64,000 nt of DNA from an uncultured Verrucomicrobiae bacterium (lineage in GTDB: Bacteria; Verrucomicrobiota; Verrucomicrobiia; Chthoniobacterales; UBA10450): contig CAWDGJ010000002.1 in NCBI GenBank assembly GCA_963801815.1, positions 842,989 to 906,988 of the forward strand, in the 5' to 3' direction. Position 1 is the stretch's first letter. Every line of letters starts with the position of its first letter. Positions 19,391 to 30,261 of the stretch are shown here, in pieces. Below the pieces are notes generated by a model. It was not told the origin of the DNA. It ran no database searches and was given only the letters and a program-made list of their open reading frames with translations. Made by a program: the position numbers and the translations under genes.

Positions 19391-19465
19391 ATTTGAACAG
19401 GAGATAACGGAGGAACGGAGTTTCAAATTTCTGTCTCTGTTTTCTCTGTTTGCTCCTGTTGAAAT
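19391..19465. repeat. Hairpin repeat H1 (ACAGGAG-AACRGAG-AACGGAG ... CTCTGTT-CTCTGTT-CTCCTGT)
   Basis: Imperfect inverted repeat filling the intergenic gap. Confidence 0.8.
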
Positions 19466-19472
19466 GGGTTCT

Positions 19473-20210
19473 TTATTTCAGATCGAACTCTTTGAGTTCC
19501 TTCGCCGCCGTGCCGTAGTCGCCCAGTTGATAAACCGCCGCGCCTGCCGGCGAAAAGGTGAACGGCTCAAACGGTTCGGCCAGCATCTTGTCCAGGTATT
19601 CCCGCGTGGCGACGCCGGTGGAGACGTGCGGCTCGAAATGCGCGCCCGCGTGTTCTGTGGCGAACACTTCGACATAGGGAATCAACTCCGGGTGGATGTC
19701 GGGGTGTTCAGGCGTGGTGAAGAACGCGGCGGTCGTGCCGGTTTTCACCGTGAGCGGTTTCACCGCGGCGATCAAGTCCGCCTGGAGCTTGAGTAATTCA
19801 GGCGTCGGTTTCACGACAATGCCCGAAAGCCCGATGCTTCCACTCGGAAGGTAATAGTATTTGAAGGCTTCCAGCTTCAAGGCGGTGATGTTGCCAGCGG
19901 CCAGTACCTTGTGGGCGGCGGCAAAAACTTGGTCGAGATTCGCCGTGGGCACGAAGCATTGATACATGGAGATATGCGGACGATGCGCGGCGTCCAGCGA
20001 GAAGCCCTTCGGAAAGACTTTGAGCAGACGGTCGTTGGTGGCGGTCGCGTGCTGGATCATCGTGGCGTCCGGTTCCAGTAGGATGTCGATGGCCGTGACC
20101 GAGTCTTGATCCGCAGAGGGTGACGCGGTTTGCGCGTGAATGTTTCTCGCCAGCATAGCGAGGGCACACGCCATCGCTCCTTTGATTAGAAGATTAGTTA
20201 GGCTTTTCAT
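19473..20210 (-). CDS. Exported 2H phosphoesterase (2'-5' RNA ligase family)
   Basis: Two HxS motifs (RPHISM, EPHVSTG) and a signal peptide. Confidence 0.75.
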   Translation of the reverse strand: MKSLTNLLIKGAMACALAMLARNIHAQTASPSADQDSVTAIDILLEPDATMIQHATATNDRLLKVFPKGFSLDAAHRPHISMYQCFVPTANLDQVFAAAHKVLAAGNITALKLEAFKYYYLPSGSIGLSGIVVKPTPELLKLQADLIAAVKPLTVKTGTTAAFFTTPEHPDIHPELIPYVEVFATEHAGAHFEPHVSTGVATREYLDKMLAEPFEPFTFSPAGAAVYQLGDYGTAAKELKEFDLK

Positions 20211-20233
20211 AGTTGGGTTCCTTCGATCGATTT

Positions 20234-20342
20234 TTTTACAGGAGATAACAGAGGGAACGGAGTTACTTGGAAATTTATCTTTGAACAGGAGCTAAAAGAT
20301 TTCCGCTCCGTCTCTGTTATCTCTGTTTCCTCCTGTTAGATT
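20234..20342. repeat. Hairpin repeat H2
   Basis: TTTTACAGGAGATAACAGAGGGAACGGAG ... TCTCTGTTATCTCTGTTTCCTCCTGTTAGA, with an internal partial arm. Confidence 0.8.
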
Positions 20343-20349
20343 CTGCGGC

Positions 20350-21357
20350 TTATTTCTCGAAAGCGAACACCTTCTTCCAATCGTCCTTCATGCTGACGAC
20401 GGTCCAGCCATCCTTCTCCGCTTGTTCGTATAGCGCCGGCGTGAAGGCGCCCAGTTTGGTATCCGGCAATCCTTTTGCCGGACCGTAGGCGTATTCGCGC
20501 GCCGCATCATCGTGCAGCACCAGCAACAAGAACCGCGCGCCGTTGCCGCCCTGCGCGTATTCGAGCATTTGCTGATCGCCTGTCGAGTTACCGAACGCCG
20601 CAATGGGCCGGCGGCCGATGTGCTGATTGATGCCAACGGGCTTGCCGCCTTTGTCGTCGTTGAAGTTCAACGCCGGCAAACGCACGAGCACGGGTTGGCC
20701 GTCGCGCATCTCAAACTGCGTCTTCACACTGCTGCCGATTACTTGTTCCGGCGGAATGCCATAAGTCTTCTCCGCCCATGGGCGCATGAACTCGATGCCG
20801 CCGCCCGAGACAATGAATGTCTTGAAACCGTTCGCGCGCAGGTAGGCGAGCAGTTCGACCATCGGCTGATAAACGCACGCGATGTAGGGCTGTTTGAATT
20901 TCGGATGCCGCGCAGTCGCGAGCCAGTCCTTAACGATCTGTTCGAAGTCCGTCGTGGTCATGCCCGCGTGCGTGGCCATGAAGAGTTCGAGGACCGCGTG
21001 TTCCCCGCCGGCCAGCGCAGTTTTCACGTCACCCTTGAGCAACGACGCAAAGGGTTCTTTCGTTTTCCATTCCGGATGCTGCGGCGCAAGCGCCTTCACG
21101 CGATCGAGCGCGAAGAACAATTGAACGGGCATCGGCTGTTCGCACCAGAGCGTGCCGTCGTTGTCGAATGTAGCGATGCGCTCGGCGACAGGTACAAAAT
21201 CCGGTGAGCCTTCCTTCGTCACCTTATCGACAAAGGCGATAATGGCCTCCTTCGGCGCAGTGTCGTTCCACGAGGGAAGCGGATCCTGGGCTTTGAGCGT
21301 AGTGAGGCCGGCGAAAGCGATCGCCAACAGGACAAGTGTGTTGCGGATGGGTTTCAT
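20350..21357 (-). CDS. Exported HAD-family hydrolase/phosphatase
   Basis: LPSWND, TFDNDGTLW, IVSGGG, AFGNSTGD; signal peptide from MKPIRN. Confidence 0.9.
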   Translation of the reverse strand: MKPIRNTLVLLAIAFAGLTTLKAQDPLPSWNDTAPKEAIIAFVDKVTKEGSPDFVPVAERIATFDNDGTLWCEQPMPVQLFFALDRVKALAPQHPEWKTKEPFASLLKGDVKTALAGGEHAVLELFMATHAGMTTTDFEQIVKDWLATARHPKFKQPYIACVYQPMVELLAYLRANGFKTFIVSGGGIEFMRPWAEKTYGIPPEQVIGSSVKTQFEMRDGQPVLVRLPALNFNDDKGGKPVGINQHIGRRPIAAFGNSTGDQQMLEYAQGGNGARFLLLVLHDDAAREYAYGPAKGLPDTKLGAFTPALYEQAEKDGWTVVSMKDDWKKVFAFEK

Positions 21358-21370
21358 GGGTCTGGCTTTC

Positions 21371-21509
21371 AGATTTTTAACAGGAGGCAACAGAGGAAAC
21401 TGAGTTTACTGCTCGAAAACAAAGGCGGATTGAACCAACAGAAGACAATGAAGGAAACGGAGTCCTCCCGAGATCATCTTTGTTAGCCCTGTTTGCTCCT
21501 GTTAAATCT
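21371..21509. repeat. Hairpin repeat H3
   Basis: AGATTTTTAACAGGAGGCAACAGAGGAAACTGAG ... CTTTGTTAGCCCTGTTTGCTCCTGTTAAATCT. Confidence 0.8.
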
Positions 21510-21523
21510 TTCCGGCTCATCTC

Positions 21524-22033
21524 TTAGACTTCCGGCGCCGGCATCGGTCCGAAGAATATCCGCAGGGCCTTTTCTCTGCCGATGACGCGCACCAGTTCGT
21601 GCACCATGCAATACGCGGAAATGAGCACGAGCAAAATGATCTGAATGGCCCAGAAGTGCGGCCAGATGATTTCCGAGAGCAATTTTTGGTTGCCGGCGAC
21701 AAAGCCGCCGGTCTCGCGCCAAAAGTCGAAAAGTCGTTCCAAATAATGAATGACCGCAGAAAGCAACCAATAGAGAATGGTTTTCCAGGCGACGTTGTAG
21801 ATGAGGGGTTTGTCCGGAAAACGATTGATCATCGGCAGCATGTCCGCGATCAACACCGCTTTGCCGAGAATGAGAGCGGCGACGGCAATCGACGTGGAAG
21901 AAGAGGGCGCGAGCCCCGTTCCTTTCAGCATCAATACGCGCACGTACGCGACGATATGGAGTGCAACGAAAAAGTAGATCGTCGGCGGGAGCAGCTTAAG
22001 GAATTCTTCTTTAACTTTGGCAGCAACTTTCAT
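21524..22033 (-). CDS. Hypothetical membrane protein
   Basis: 169 aa, about 4 TM segments, in the sulfatase gene run. Confidence 0.75.
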   Translation of the reverse strand: MKVAAKVKEEFLKLLPPTIYFFVALHIVAYVRVLMLKGTGLAPSSSTSIAVAALILGKAVLIADMLPMINRFPDKPLIYNVAWKTILYWLLSAVIHYLERLFDFWRETGGFVAGNQKLLSEIIWPHFWAIQIILLVLISAYCMVHELVRVIGREKALRIFFGPMPAPEV

Positions 22034-22100
22034 GTCAGCTGCTTTCGGGTTCCGGCTCTTCTCATATATATATATATCTATACGATATAAGCATGTGCCG

Positions 22101-22134
22101 AAGAAAGGCGGGCGGCCCTTACGAGCCGCCCGTC
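22101..22134 (-). terminator. Probable intrinsic terminator after sulfatase 4
   Basis: Minus strand GACGGGCGGCTC-GTAA-GGGCCGCCCGCC followed by TTTCTT. Confidence 0.65.
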
Positions 22135-22155
22135 ATGAAGTGATTTCTGTTTCGG

Positions 22156-23796
<1,641 letters not shown>

Positions 23797-23834
23797 AGAG
23801 TCGTAACTTTGCGTGTTATCCCTTGATCAGGATA

Positions 23835-23850
23835 TTGGACTTTAGTCCTA
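23835..23850. promoter_or_regulatory. Palindromic box TTGGAC-TTTA-GTCCTA
   Basis: About 39 bp upstream of sulfatase 4; overlaps the stop codon of the orphan FGE tail. Confidence 0.75.
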
Positions 23851-23911
23851 CCGGGCAGTGCCCCGCGTCTCCAGATCCTTCACGCAACGAAAGCCGAGAT
23901 AATTCGTGCCG
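23848..23911 (-). pseudogene. Orphan duplicated 3' end of the FGE gene
   Basis: Encodes GTNYLGFRCVKDLETRGTAR*; 23876-23911 matches 24658-24693 at 33/36 nt. Confidence 0.8.
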
Positions 23912-23920
23912 CCCACAACA

Positions 23921-24010
23921 GATTTACAGAAGAAAACAGAGAAAACGGAGGGGGATGTCTCAAGACGAAACCTTGGCCGAACTCTCCTGTTTGGTTTGCT
24001 TGCTCCTGTT
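23921..24010. repeat. Hairpin repeat H4 (upstream flank of GxxExxY gene)
   Basis: TTTACAGAAGAAAACAGAGAAAACGGAG ... CTCCTGTTTGGTTTGCTTGCTCCTGTT. Confidence 0.7.
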
Positions 24011-24021
24011 CTCCCCACTGC

Positions 24022-24423
24022 ATGCACGCTCTGTTCACCCGGGCTTCCGAGCTGACTGAAATTATCATTGGTGCGGCTATCGACGTGCATCGGGGCAAGG
24101 GGCCCGGCCTCATCGAGTCCATCTACGAATGGTGTCTAACGAAAGAGTTTGAACTGCGTGGGTTGACATGCGTGAGTCAGAAACTCCTGGTGGTTGAGTA
24201 CAAAGGCTTCACGCGGGAGGAACCGCTGCGATTCGACATGCTGGTCGAAGGTTGCGTGCTGGTTGAAGCAAAGGCCGTGGAGAAAATTCTGTCTATCCAC
24301 AAAGCGCAACTTCTGAGCTACATGAAATTACTGAATGTGCCACTTGGGTTGCTCATCAACTTCCATGAGATGAAATTGACCGACGGTGTTCACCGCTTGA
24401 TTCTGCCGGAAGCCAATCGATGA
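24022..24423 (+). CDS. GxxExxY protein (PD-(D/E)XK-like putative nuclease)
   Basis: AAIDVHRGKGPGLIESIYEWCL, RFDMLVEGCVLVEAK, HKAQLLSYMKL, GLLINF; 133 aa. Confidence 0.92.
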   Translation: MHALFTRASELTEIIIGAAIDVHRGKGPGLIESIYEWCLTKEFELRGLTCVSQKLLVVEYKGFTREEPLRFDMLVEGCVLVEAKAVEKILSIHKAQLLSYMKLLNVPLGLLINFHEMKLTDGVHRLILPEANR

Positions 24424-24430
24424 TCCCTGA

Positions 24431-24507
24431 ATTTTTACAGGAGCAAACGGAGAGAACGGAGACGAAAAAGAAAAACTCTGTTTCCTCTGCTACCTCCTGT
24501 TCAAAAT
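24431..24507. repeat. Hairpin repeat H5 (downstream flank of GxxExxY gene)
   Basis: ATTTTTACAGGAGCAAACGGAGAGAACGGAG ... CTCTGTTTCCTCTGCTACCTCCTGTTCAAAAT. Confidence 0.8.
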
Positions 24508-24549
24508 CCGCCTGCCCATCCGTCCGGAGCGAATCAAAGAAACTAAGAC

Positions 24550-24621
24550 TTCGACAAGAGCAAAATGAGAGAATCGGAAGCAACAAGCCCTCCGTTTTCT
24601 CTGTTCCGTCCTGTTAGAAAT
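24550..24621. repeat. Hairpin repeat H6 (degenerate left arm)
   Basis: Right arm CTCCGTTTTCTCTGTTCCGTCCTGTTAGAAAT. Confidence 0.65.
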
Positions 24622-24638
24622 CAATAAGGGAGACGTGG

Positions 24639-25694
24639 CTACTGTCTGGCAATCTTGTCCTTCACGCACCGAAAACCGAGATGATTCGTGCCGGTGTTAA
24701 CTTCGCCTTTGCCGCGTGTGCCGACGATGTAACGCGAACAGTATTGCGCGTTGCAAAGAAAGGAACCGCCGCGGTGAACACGCTTTTTCTCGTTAGGCTC
24801 GGCCGGATCGAATGGTGAATCCGGTCCTTTAGGATTACTCGTTAGGCCGCCGTCTTTCGCCAGCTGTGCATAATAATCGGGACGATACCAATCGCTGCAC
24901 CATTGCCAGACGTTCCCGGCCATGTCGTAAAGGCCGTAACCGTTCGCCGGAAATTTCGCGACCGGCGCGATACCGGCGTAGCCGTCTTCGGCCGCGTCCT
25001 TCACGGGAAATTTTCCCTGCCACGTGTTGGCCATCCATTTCCCCTTGGGACGAAATTCGTCGCCCCAGACAAATGTTTTTCCTTCCAAACCTCCGCGCGC
25101 GGCGAATTCAAATTCGGCTTCGGTCGGCAAACGTTTGCCCGCCCATTTCGCGTAGGCTTCCGCGTCGGGATACGCGATCTGCACGACCGGATATTTTTCT
25201 TTTCCTTTAATATCGCTTTCCGGTCCGTGCGGATGACGCCAGTTCGCGCCCTTCACGTAGGTCCACCACTGGAAATGATCGTTGAGCGGCACTTCGTGAT
25301 CGGTCGGCGCAAACACGACTGAGCCCGCGACCAGATTCTCAGCGGGCGCGGTTGGAAATTCTTCTTTCGTCGGCGCGCGTTCGGCGATGGTGACGTAACC
25401 GGTCGCTTTCACGAACTTCTCGAATTCCTCGTTAGTCACCGTCGTCTTATCCATCCAGAAGCCATCCACCCGAACGCGATGGATCGGCTCCGCATCGTTC
25501 GAAGCCATCGGCATCTCGTCGCTGCCATGGCCATTCATGACTGCGCCCATCGAAAACTCGCCGCCGGGAATCCAAACCATTCCTTCAGGTTTCGGAGCGG
25601 CGCTGCTTGCTTCCGTTAGGCCAGGCAATGCGCACCCTATCAGAAGAAGAAGCGCGCTCGGGAAATGGGATGAGAATTTTGACAACTGTTTCAA
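24639..25694 (-). CDS. Formylglycine-generating enzyme (sulfatase-modifying factor)
   Basis: MVWIPGGEFSMG, RLPTEAEFEFAARG, GLYDMAGNVWQWC, RGGSFLCNAQYCSRY, HLGFRCV; hydrophobic N-terminal leader. Confidence 0.93.
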   Translation of the reverse strand: MKQLSKFSSHFPSALLLLIGCALPGLTEASSAAPKPEGMVWIPGGEFSMGAVMNGHGSDEMPMASNDAEPIHRVRVDGFWMDKTTVTNEEFEKFVKATGYVTIAERAPTKEEFPTAPAENLVAGSVVFAPTDHEVPLNDHFQWWTYVKGANWRHPHGPESDIKGKEKYPVVQIAYPDAEAYAKWAGKRLPTEAEFEFAARGGLEGKTFVWGDEFRPKGKWMANTWQGKFPVKDAAEDGYAGIAPVAKFPANGYGLYDMAGNVWQWCSDWYRPDYYAQLAKDGGLTSNPKGPDSPFDPAEPNEKKRVHRGGSFLCNAQYCSRYIVGTRGKGEVNTGTNHLGFRCVKDKIARQ

Positions 25695-25747
25695 ATTGAC
25701 TACAGGCTTCCGATCGAAATTTTACCGGATTTGGCGGCGCTTTTCCA

Positions 25748-25763
25748 TACGACTTTGGTCTAA
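25748..25763. promoter_or_regulatory. Palindromic box TACGAC-TTTG-GTCTAA
   Basis: Minus-strand TAAAAT (25719-25724) 23 nt downstream, toward the FGE gene. Confidence 0.7.
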
Positions 25764-25799
25764 TTGGTCTGTCCAATGCCGACGCGTACGATCCGACGA

Positions 25800-27248
25800 A
25801 TGGCAAATCGCAGCGCGCTTGGTCTCACTTTCATCGCGTTTACATCGGCGTTGCTATTGGCGACATGCGCGCCCTATGGACCGTATCATCCCAACACGGC
25901 CGATAAGCCGCTGAATTCAATAAGAGGCCCGGCCGACGGGCGCTACAAAATGGCCTTCATCGAATTTGGAGATCAAGGCTCGGCTCTGGATGAGTCACAG
26001 CGCGCTGCGGCCCTCAGTGTCATTCGCAAAGCGGAACGTCCACTTCTCTTCGTTTACATCCACGGCTGGCAAAATGACGCCACATCGGGTGATACCTGTA
26101 AGTTCGAACATTTTCTCGACACGCTGTCGCGCTTTCCGGAGATGCGCGAACATAAAATTAATTTGATCGGCGTTTACATTGCCTGGCGCGGCAAGGACCT
26201 TACCGTCCCAGGCCTCGATCTACTCACCTTCTGGAGTCGCAAAGCAGCGGGCGGAGAAGTTGCGGCTCAAAACGGTTGTCTGGCTGCGATCAGCGAGCTC
26301 GCTTTGGCGGCGCGAGCCCCCGACAAGAAATTGCATCATTGCGTGCTCATGGGCCATTCCTTCGGCGGCTTGGTGCTGGGCAACACGATTTCCCATTCGA
26401 TTCTCGATGCTAGTGCCAATGGTGAACGGAATTCGAGTCCCTGGGACATGGCGGTGGCGTTTAACTCCGCCGATGATTCCATCAGCACGCGCCAGCTCAT
26501 GTCGGAGCTGGACTATCTATATAAGTACGACCCGGCGCGTCATGCTTACGTGAGCCGGTCGGGTGGCTCGGGCAAGGTCGCAACGCTAGACGAGAACCGG
26601 CCGCTTCTGATCATGTTGCAAGCCGAAAACGACTCAGCAACAGGCGGTTTTTTCCCAATTGGAACGGGTTTCGCCAATCTGATGGGTTTTCGATATCACT
26701 GGGCCCGGGTCTCGGTGCCCGGCCACGACGGGGAGAAGGTTTCGGAAAAGGAATTCGAAACGCACACGCCGGGGAACAACAAGTATTTGGTCAACTATCA
26801 GGTTGTTCCACGGGGAGAAGCGACGCCGCCGCCGTGGTTGAAAGGAGTTGAGAACCGCGCCGTGGAAGCGAACGCGGTGCGCAATCTGCAGGGCCGGATC
26901 TTTTATACGAGCACCAAAAACGACGGCCATGAAAGTAAAATTTGCCCTGGTTCGACCTACGATCCCGATAAGATAAAAGAAGCAACGGGAAACGAGGTCT
27001 GGCGGAAATGGGAAATTGTTTACACCGGCAACGCGCGCATTCCGTTTTGGATCGTCCGCGTCCCAAAGGAAATCATTTCCGGGCACGGGGGATTGTGGAG
27101 CGACAATTCCATCGCGCTGTTCACTGCCCTTTACCGCCTGCACTTTCCGGTTAACGCTCAGGGCGTTAACGTGCTGCCTTCCACCACACAGATTCCAAAC
27201 ACTCCCGACGCGGAACGTTCAAACGAAGACAAGTTGGCCGGGGAATAG
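25800..27248 (+). CDS. Exported alpha/beta-hydrolase-like protein
   Basis: FVYIHGWQND and LMGHSFGG nucleophile elbow; signal/lipoprotein-like N-terminus; start uncertain. Confidence 0.7.
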   Translation: MANRSALGLTFIAFTSALLLATCAPYGPYHPNTADKPLNSIRGPADGRYKMAFIEFGDQGSALDESQRAAALSVIRKAERPLLFVYIHGWQNDATSGDTCKFEHFLDTLSRFPEMREHKINLIGVYIAWRGKDLTVPGLDLLTFWSRKAAGGEVAAQNGCLAAISELALAARAPDKKLHHCVLMGHSFGGLVLGNTISHSILDASANGERNSSPWDMAVAFNSADDSISTRQLMSELDYLYKYDPARHAYVSRSGGSGKVATLDENRPLLIMLQAENDSATGGFFPIGTGFANLMGFRYHWARVSVPGHDGEKVSEKEFETHTPGNNKYLVNYQVVPRGEATPPPWLKGVENRAVEANAVRNLQGRIFYTSTKNDGHESKICPGSTYDPDKIKEATGNEVWRKWEIVYTGNARIPFWIVRVPKEIISGHGGLWSDNSIALFTALYRLHFPVNAQGVNVLPSTTQIPNTPDAERSNEDKLAGE

Positions 27249-27366
27249 GACGTTTGGAGGAAGTGAGCCGCGACTGCAGTCAATCGCGAGTCAGATCCCG
27301 CATAACCCTTCGCCTGAGCAAGCGCAAGTTGAACTCTAGGCCTACGCCTGTGACGTCCGACGCCGG

Positions 27367-28131
27367 TTAATGCGTCGTGTAACCGCCGTCGATCACAAAC
27401 GTCTGACCAACGGCGAACGAGGCGAAGTCAGAACAGAGAAACAGAACCATGTTCGCCATCTCATCCGGCTCCGAAAAGCGACCGATCGGCGTGTTGGCGA
27501 GAAAATGCGCGCGCATGTTTGGATCCTCAAACCACGTCTTCGTCATCGCGGTATTCACCAATCCAGGCGCGAGCGCGTTGATACGAATTCCCTGGTTCGC
27601 GTATTCGACGGCGGCTGCTTTGGACAAGCCAATGACCCCGTGTTTGGCCGTGACGTAAGAGCTGATTCCAGGCTCCGCGATTATTCCCGCGATCGACGCG
27701 TTGTTCACGATCGCACCACCTCCGTTTTTCAGCATGTGCCGGATCTCGTGTTTCAGACAGAGGAACACACCTTTGAGATCGACCGTTAAAGTGTTGTCGA
27801 AAGTTGATTCATCCATTTCGGCCACCATCACCGTAGGAGGCAGAACACCAGCGTTATTAAATGCGCAATGTAATCCGCCGTAAGTGTGGACGGCGGCCGC
27901 AACGAGAATTTTCACGTCACCCTCCTTGCAAACATCGGTCTTCACAAACAGAGCTTCGCCGCCGTCTCGCTTGATTGCTTCGACCGCGTGCGCTCCTTCG
28001 GGATCAATATCGCCGATCACAACTTTGGCGCCGCTGCGGGCAAACAACAGCGCCGTTGCGCGACCAATGCCACGGCCTCCGCCGGTGACGATTGCGACCT
28101 TTCCAGAGAAGTTGAATGGTGTTTTGCTCAA
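27367..28131 (-). CDS. Short-chain dehydrogenase/reductase
   Basis: VTGGGRGIG, NNAG, YVTAKHG, DGG. Confidence 0.92.
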   Translation of the reverse strand: MSKTPFNFSGKVAIVTGGGRGIGRATALLFARSGAKVVIGDIDPEGAHAVEAIKRDGGEALFVKTDVCKEGDVKILVAAAVHTYGGLHCAFNNAGVLPPTVMVAEMDESTFDNTLTVDLKGVFLCLKHEIRHMLKNGGGAIVNNASIAGIIAEPGISSYVTAKHGVIGLSKAAAVEYANQGIRINALAPGLVNTAMTKTWFEDPNMRAHFLANTPIGRFSEPDEMANMVLFLCSDFASFAVGQTFVIDGGYTTH

Positions 28132-28595
28132 AGCGATTTATATGCTGGCGCGTTGTCACCGCTTCCCGCGTTTCTAGGTTCTAATCGTTCGAGCGGCAGG
28201 CCGAGCCATTCCGCGGCGTCTTCGCGCCTTTCGAAAATGCGGAAGTTGATCGGCGAACCCTGGGTCAGGACCGCATGGAGTTTGGCGTAATGAACGATTG
28301 TCTCATTTGTTCCCAGGAGCGCCGATTTGATTGGCGGTCGACCGGCATATGTAAGACGGCGGTACAAGGAAACGTGAACGATGTAACGGAAGTTTAGATC
28401 AACTGCATCAGCTTCGAGCGTGTCGGTAAAGCGATCGAAGGGTTCTTTCAGCTTCGCCTCCAAATCTCCAAGAACACTGATGGCTTTGTTGATTGCGGCC
28501 TCGTTGAGCACACCGCGCGGCCGATAAATCACCAAGGGTATATCTGGGTGAAACGTGATCTCAGGAGGGAACTTAATGTGGTCCGGAATTTTCAT
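28128..28595 (-). CDS. Hypothetical protein, paralog of 7234..7686
   Basis: Shared motifs along the whole length. Confidence 0.75.
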   Translation of the reverse strand: MKIPDHIKFPPEITFHPDIPLVIYRPRGVLNEAAINKAISVLGDLEAKLKEPFDRFTDTLEADAVDLNFRYIVHVSLYRRLTYAGRPPIKSALLGTNETIVHYAKLHAVLTQGSPINFRIFERREDAAEWLGLPLERLEPRNAGSGDNAPAYKSL

Positions 28596-28599
28596 CTAT

Positions 28600-29691
28600 T
28601 CATTGCTTCGCATACGAAGGCTTCGGATCGGTTGGGACAAGCGGCGTGTCAGCGGCCCAGTCCCCAATGATCCGGTAACCGACTGCTAGCAACGTAGGAC
28701 CAAGGAACACGCCAATAAAACCAAACGCCAGCGCACCGCCGAGGACGCCAAATAGTATCAGGATGAACGGCATGTCGCTGCCCTGACTGATGAGCCACGG
28801 TTTCACGACGTTGTCGATGCTGCTGACGCCGAATCCCCAAATCAGCATGAACACCGCCCAGCCGGTCGAGCCTTGATGAAATAACCAGAGCATGGCGGGA
28901 ACCCAAATCAGCGGCGGACCAACCGGCACCACCGACAGGAAAAATGTGAGCAACATCAGCATCCCGGCGCCGGGCACACCCGCGATGAAAAAACCGACCC
29001 CAGCCATGACCGCCTGAATGAGCGCGGTCCCAAGAATTCCGTAAACAACGCCACGAACAGTGTCACCCGCGACTTTCAACAAACGTCGGCCGCGTTCGTC
29101 GGCTATGCGCTCCACTGTTGTCACCATTCTTTGGGCAGCAGACTCTCCGTTTCGAAACAAAAAGAACGCAACCAGGATACTCAATGCGAGTTGCGCGAGA
29201 CCGCTGATCAGCATCTTGCCAAGCGTGACCAAGAATGCACTTGTCGGTGCGATTAGGCGCTTGCCGAGCTCAAGTAGCTTCTCACTATCGTTCGCGACGA
29301 TCTGCCAATGATCGACGACGCGCTTTCCAACGAGCGGCAGCTTTTGCAACCATGTGGGCGGCGCGGGCGGTCCGGTTTGGGTCCAGGAACGCGCAGCCGC
29401 GGTCAGGTCGCGAACGTTGTCTGACACCGCGGCACCGATTATCACGAACGGCAAGAAAACCACGAGAATCATCGCCGTGGTCATGATTAGCGCAGCCAGG
29501 GTTCGGCGGCCGCGAACTAATTTGAGTAACCGGCGATAAATTGGCCAACTGGAAAACGATAAGACTACTGCCCACAACAGGGCGGAAACAAACGGGCGCA
29601 AGACGAGAAGGCAGCCACCCACCAGCAACAGCATGACGACTCCGCTGATGATCCGTTCAAGTCTGGTGTGAATTGGGTGAGTGTTCTCCAT
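28600..29691 (-). CDS. AI-2E family transporter (YdiK-like)
   Basis: LRPFVSALLWA, SIDNVVKPWL, GVLGGALAFGFIGVFLGP; start MENTHP. Confidence 0.9.
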   Translation of the reverse strand: MENTHPIHTRLERIISGVVMLLLVGGCLLVLRPFVSALLWAVVLSFSSWPIYRRLLKLVRGRRTLAALIMTTAMILVVFLPFVIIGAAVSDNVRDLTAAARSWTQTGPPAPPTWLQKLPLVGKRVVDHWQIVANDSEKLLELGKRLIAPTSAFLVTLGKMLISGLAQLALSILVAFFLFRNGESAAQRMVTTVERIADERGRRLLKVAGDTVRGVVYGILGTALIQAVMAGVGFFIAGVPGAGMLMLLTFFLSVVPVGPPLIWVPAMLWLFHQGSTGWAVFMLIWGFGVSSIDNVVKPWLISQGSDMPFILILFGVLGGALAFGFIGVFLGPTLLAVGYRIIGDWAADTPLVPTDPKPSYAKQ

Positions 29692-29756
29692 GGTAACAGG
29701 AAAGTTGATGGAGGCGACCAGCCAGCAGGGTCGCACGCCGACCTAACCGCGGAGTA

Positions 29757-29772
29757 TTAGACTTTGGCCGTA
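29757..29772. promoter_or_regulatory. Palindromic box TTAGAC-TTTG-GCCGTA
   Basis: Consensus match upstream of the AI-2E gene. Confidence 0.6.
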
Positions 29773-29865
29773 CTAAACGACAATCTTTGCTCCTATTTTG
29801 AGAGTTGGGCTAAGCGTTGCGCATTGGCAATCGGCTACCGCTAATCTTTGGCGAAAGTTTGAATT

Positions 29866-30261
29866 TCATTCTTGCACACGTGCGGCATGAGCCAGCGCAT
29901 CGCGCACGGCGCCGATAAATTTGTCGTCGTTGAATGGCTTGGTGAAAAAAGCAACGGGGCCAATCTGCATGGCGGTCGCGCGCGCGGCCAGATCTTCCCG
30001 CCCGGTGATGACGATTACCCGCGGGCGTGGGTTTAGCGCGCACATCCTCGCCAGAATTTCCAAGCCAGTCACGCCTGCCATCCAGATGTCTGTAATAACA
30101 ACCGCCACCGGGTGAGTGGCGGCATGCGCGAGAAATTCTTCCGGCTTGTTGAAAGGACGAACCTTCAATCCATCCGCGACGAGCAAATTTCGCATCGAGC
30201 GCAACACCGAAGGATCGTCGTCGACTAGACAGACCTCCTCGGTTGCGATCGTTTCGCTCAT
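29866..30261 (-). CDS. Single-domain response regulator receiver
   Basis: LVDDDPSV, ITDIWM, ITG, TKPF. Confidence 0.9.
   Translation of the reverse strand: MSETIATEEVCLVDDDPSVLRSMRNLLVADGLKVRPFNKPEEFLAHAATHPVAVVITDIWMAGVTGLEILARMCALNPRPRVIVITGREDLAARATAMQIGPVAFFTKPFNDDKFIGAVRDALAHAARVQE

Noticed and set aside
22064..22090. (AT)n runs here and near 2929-2937 and 38604-38614
   Set aside because: Short and intergenic; no evidence of phase variation
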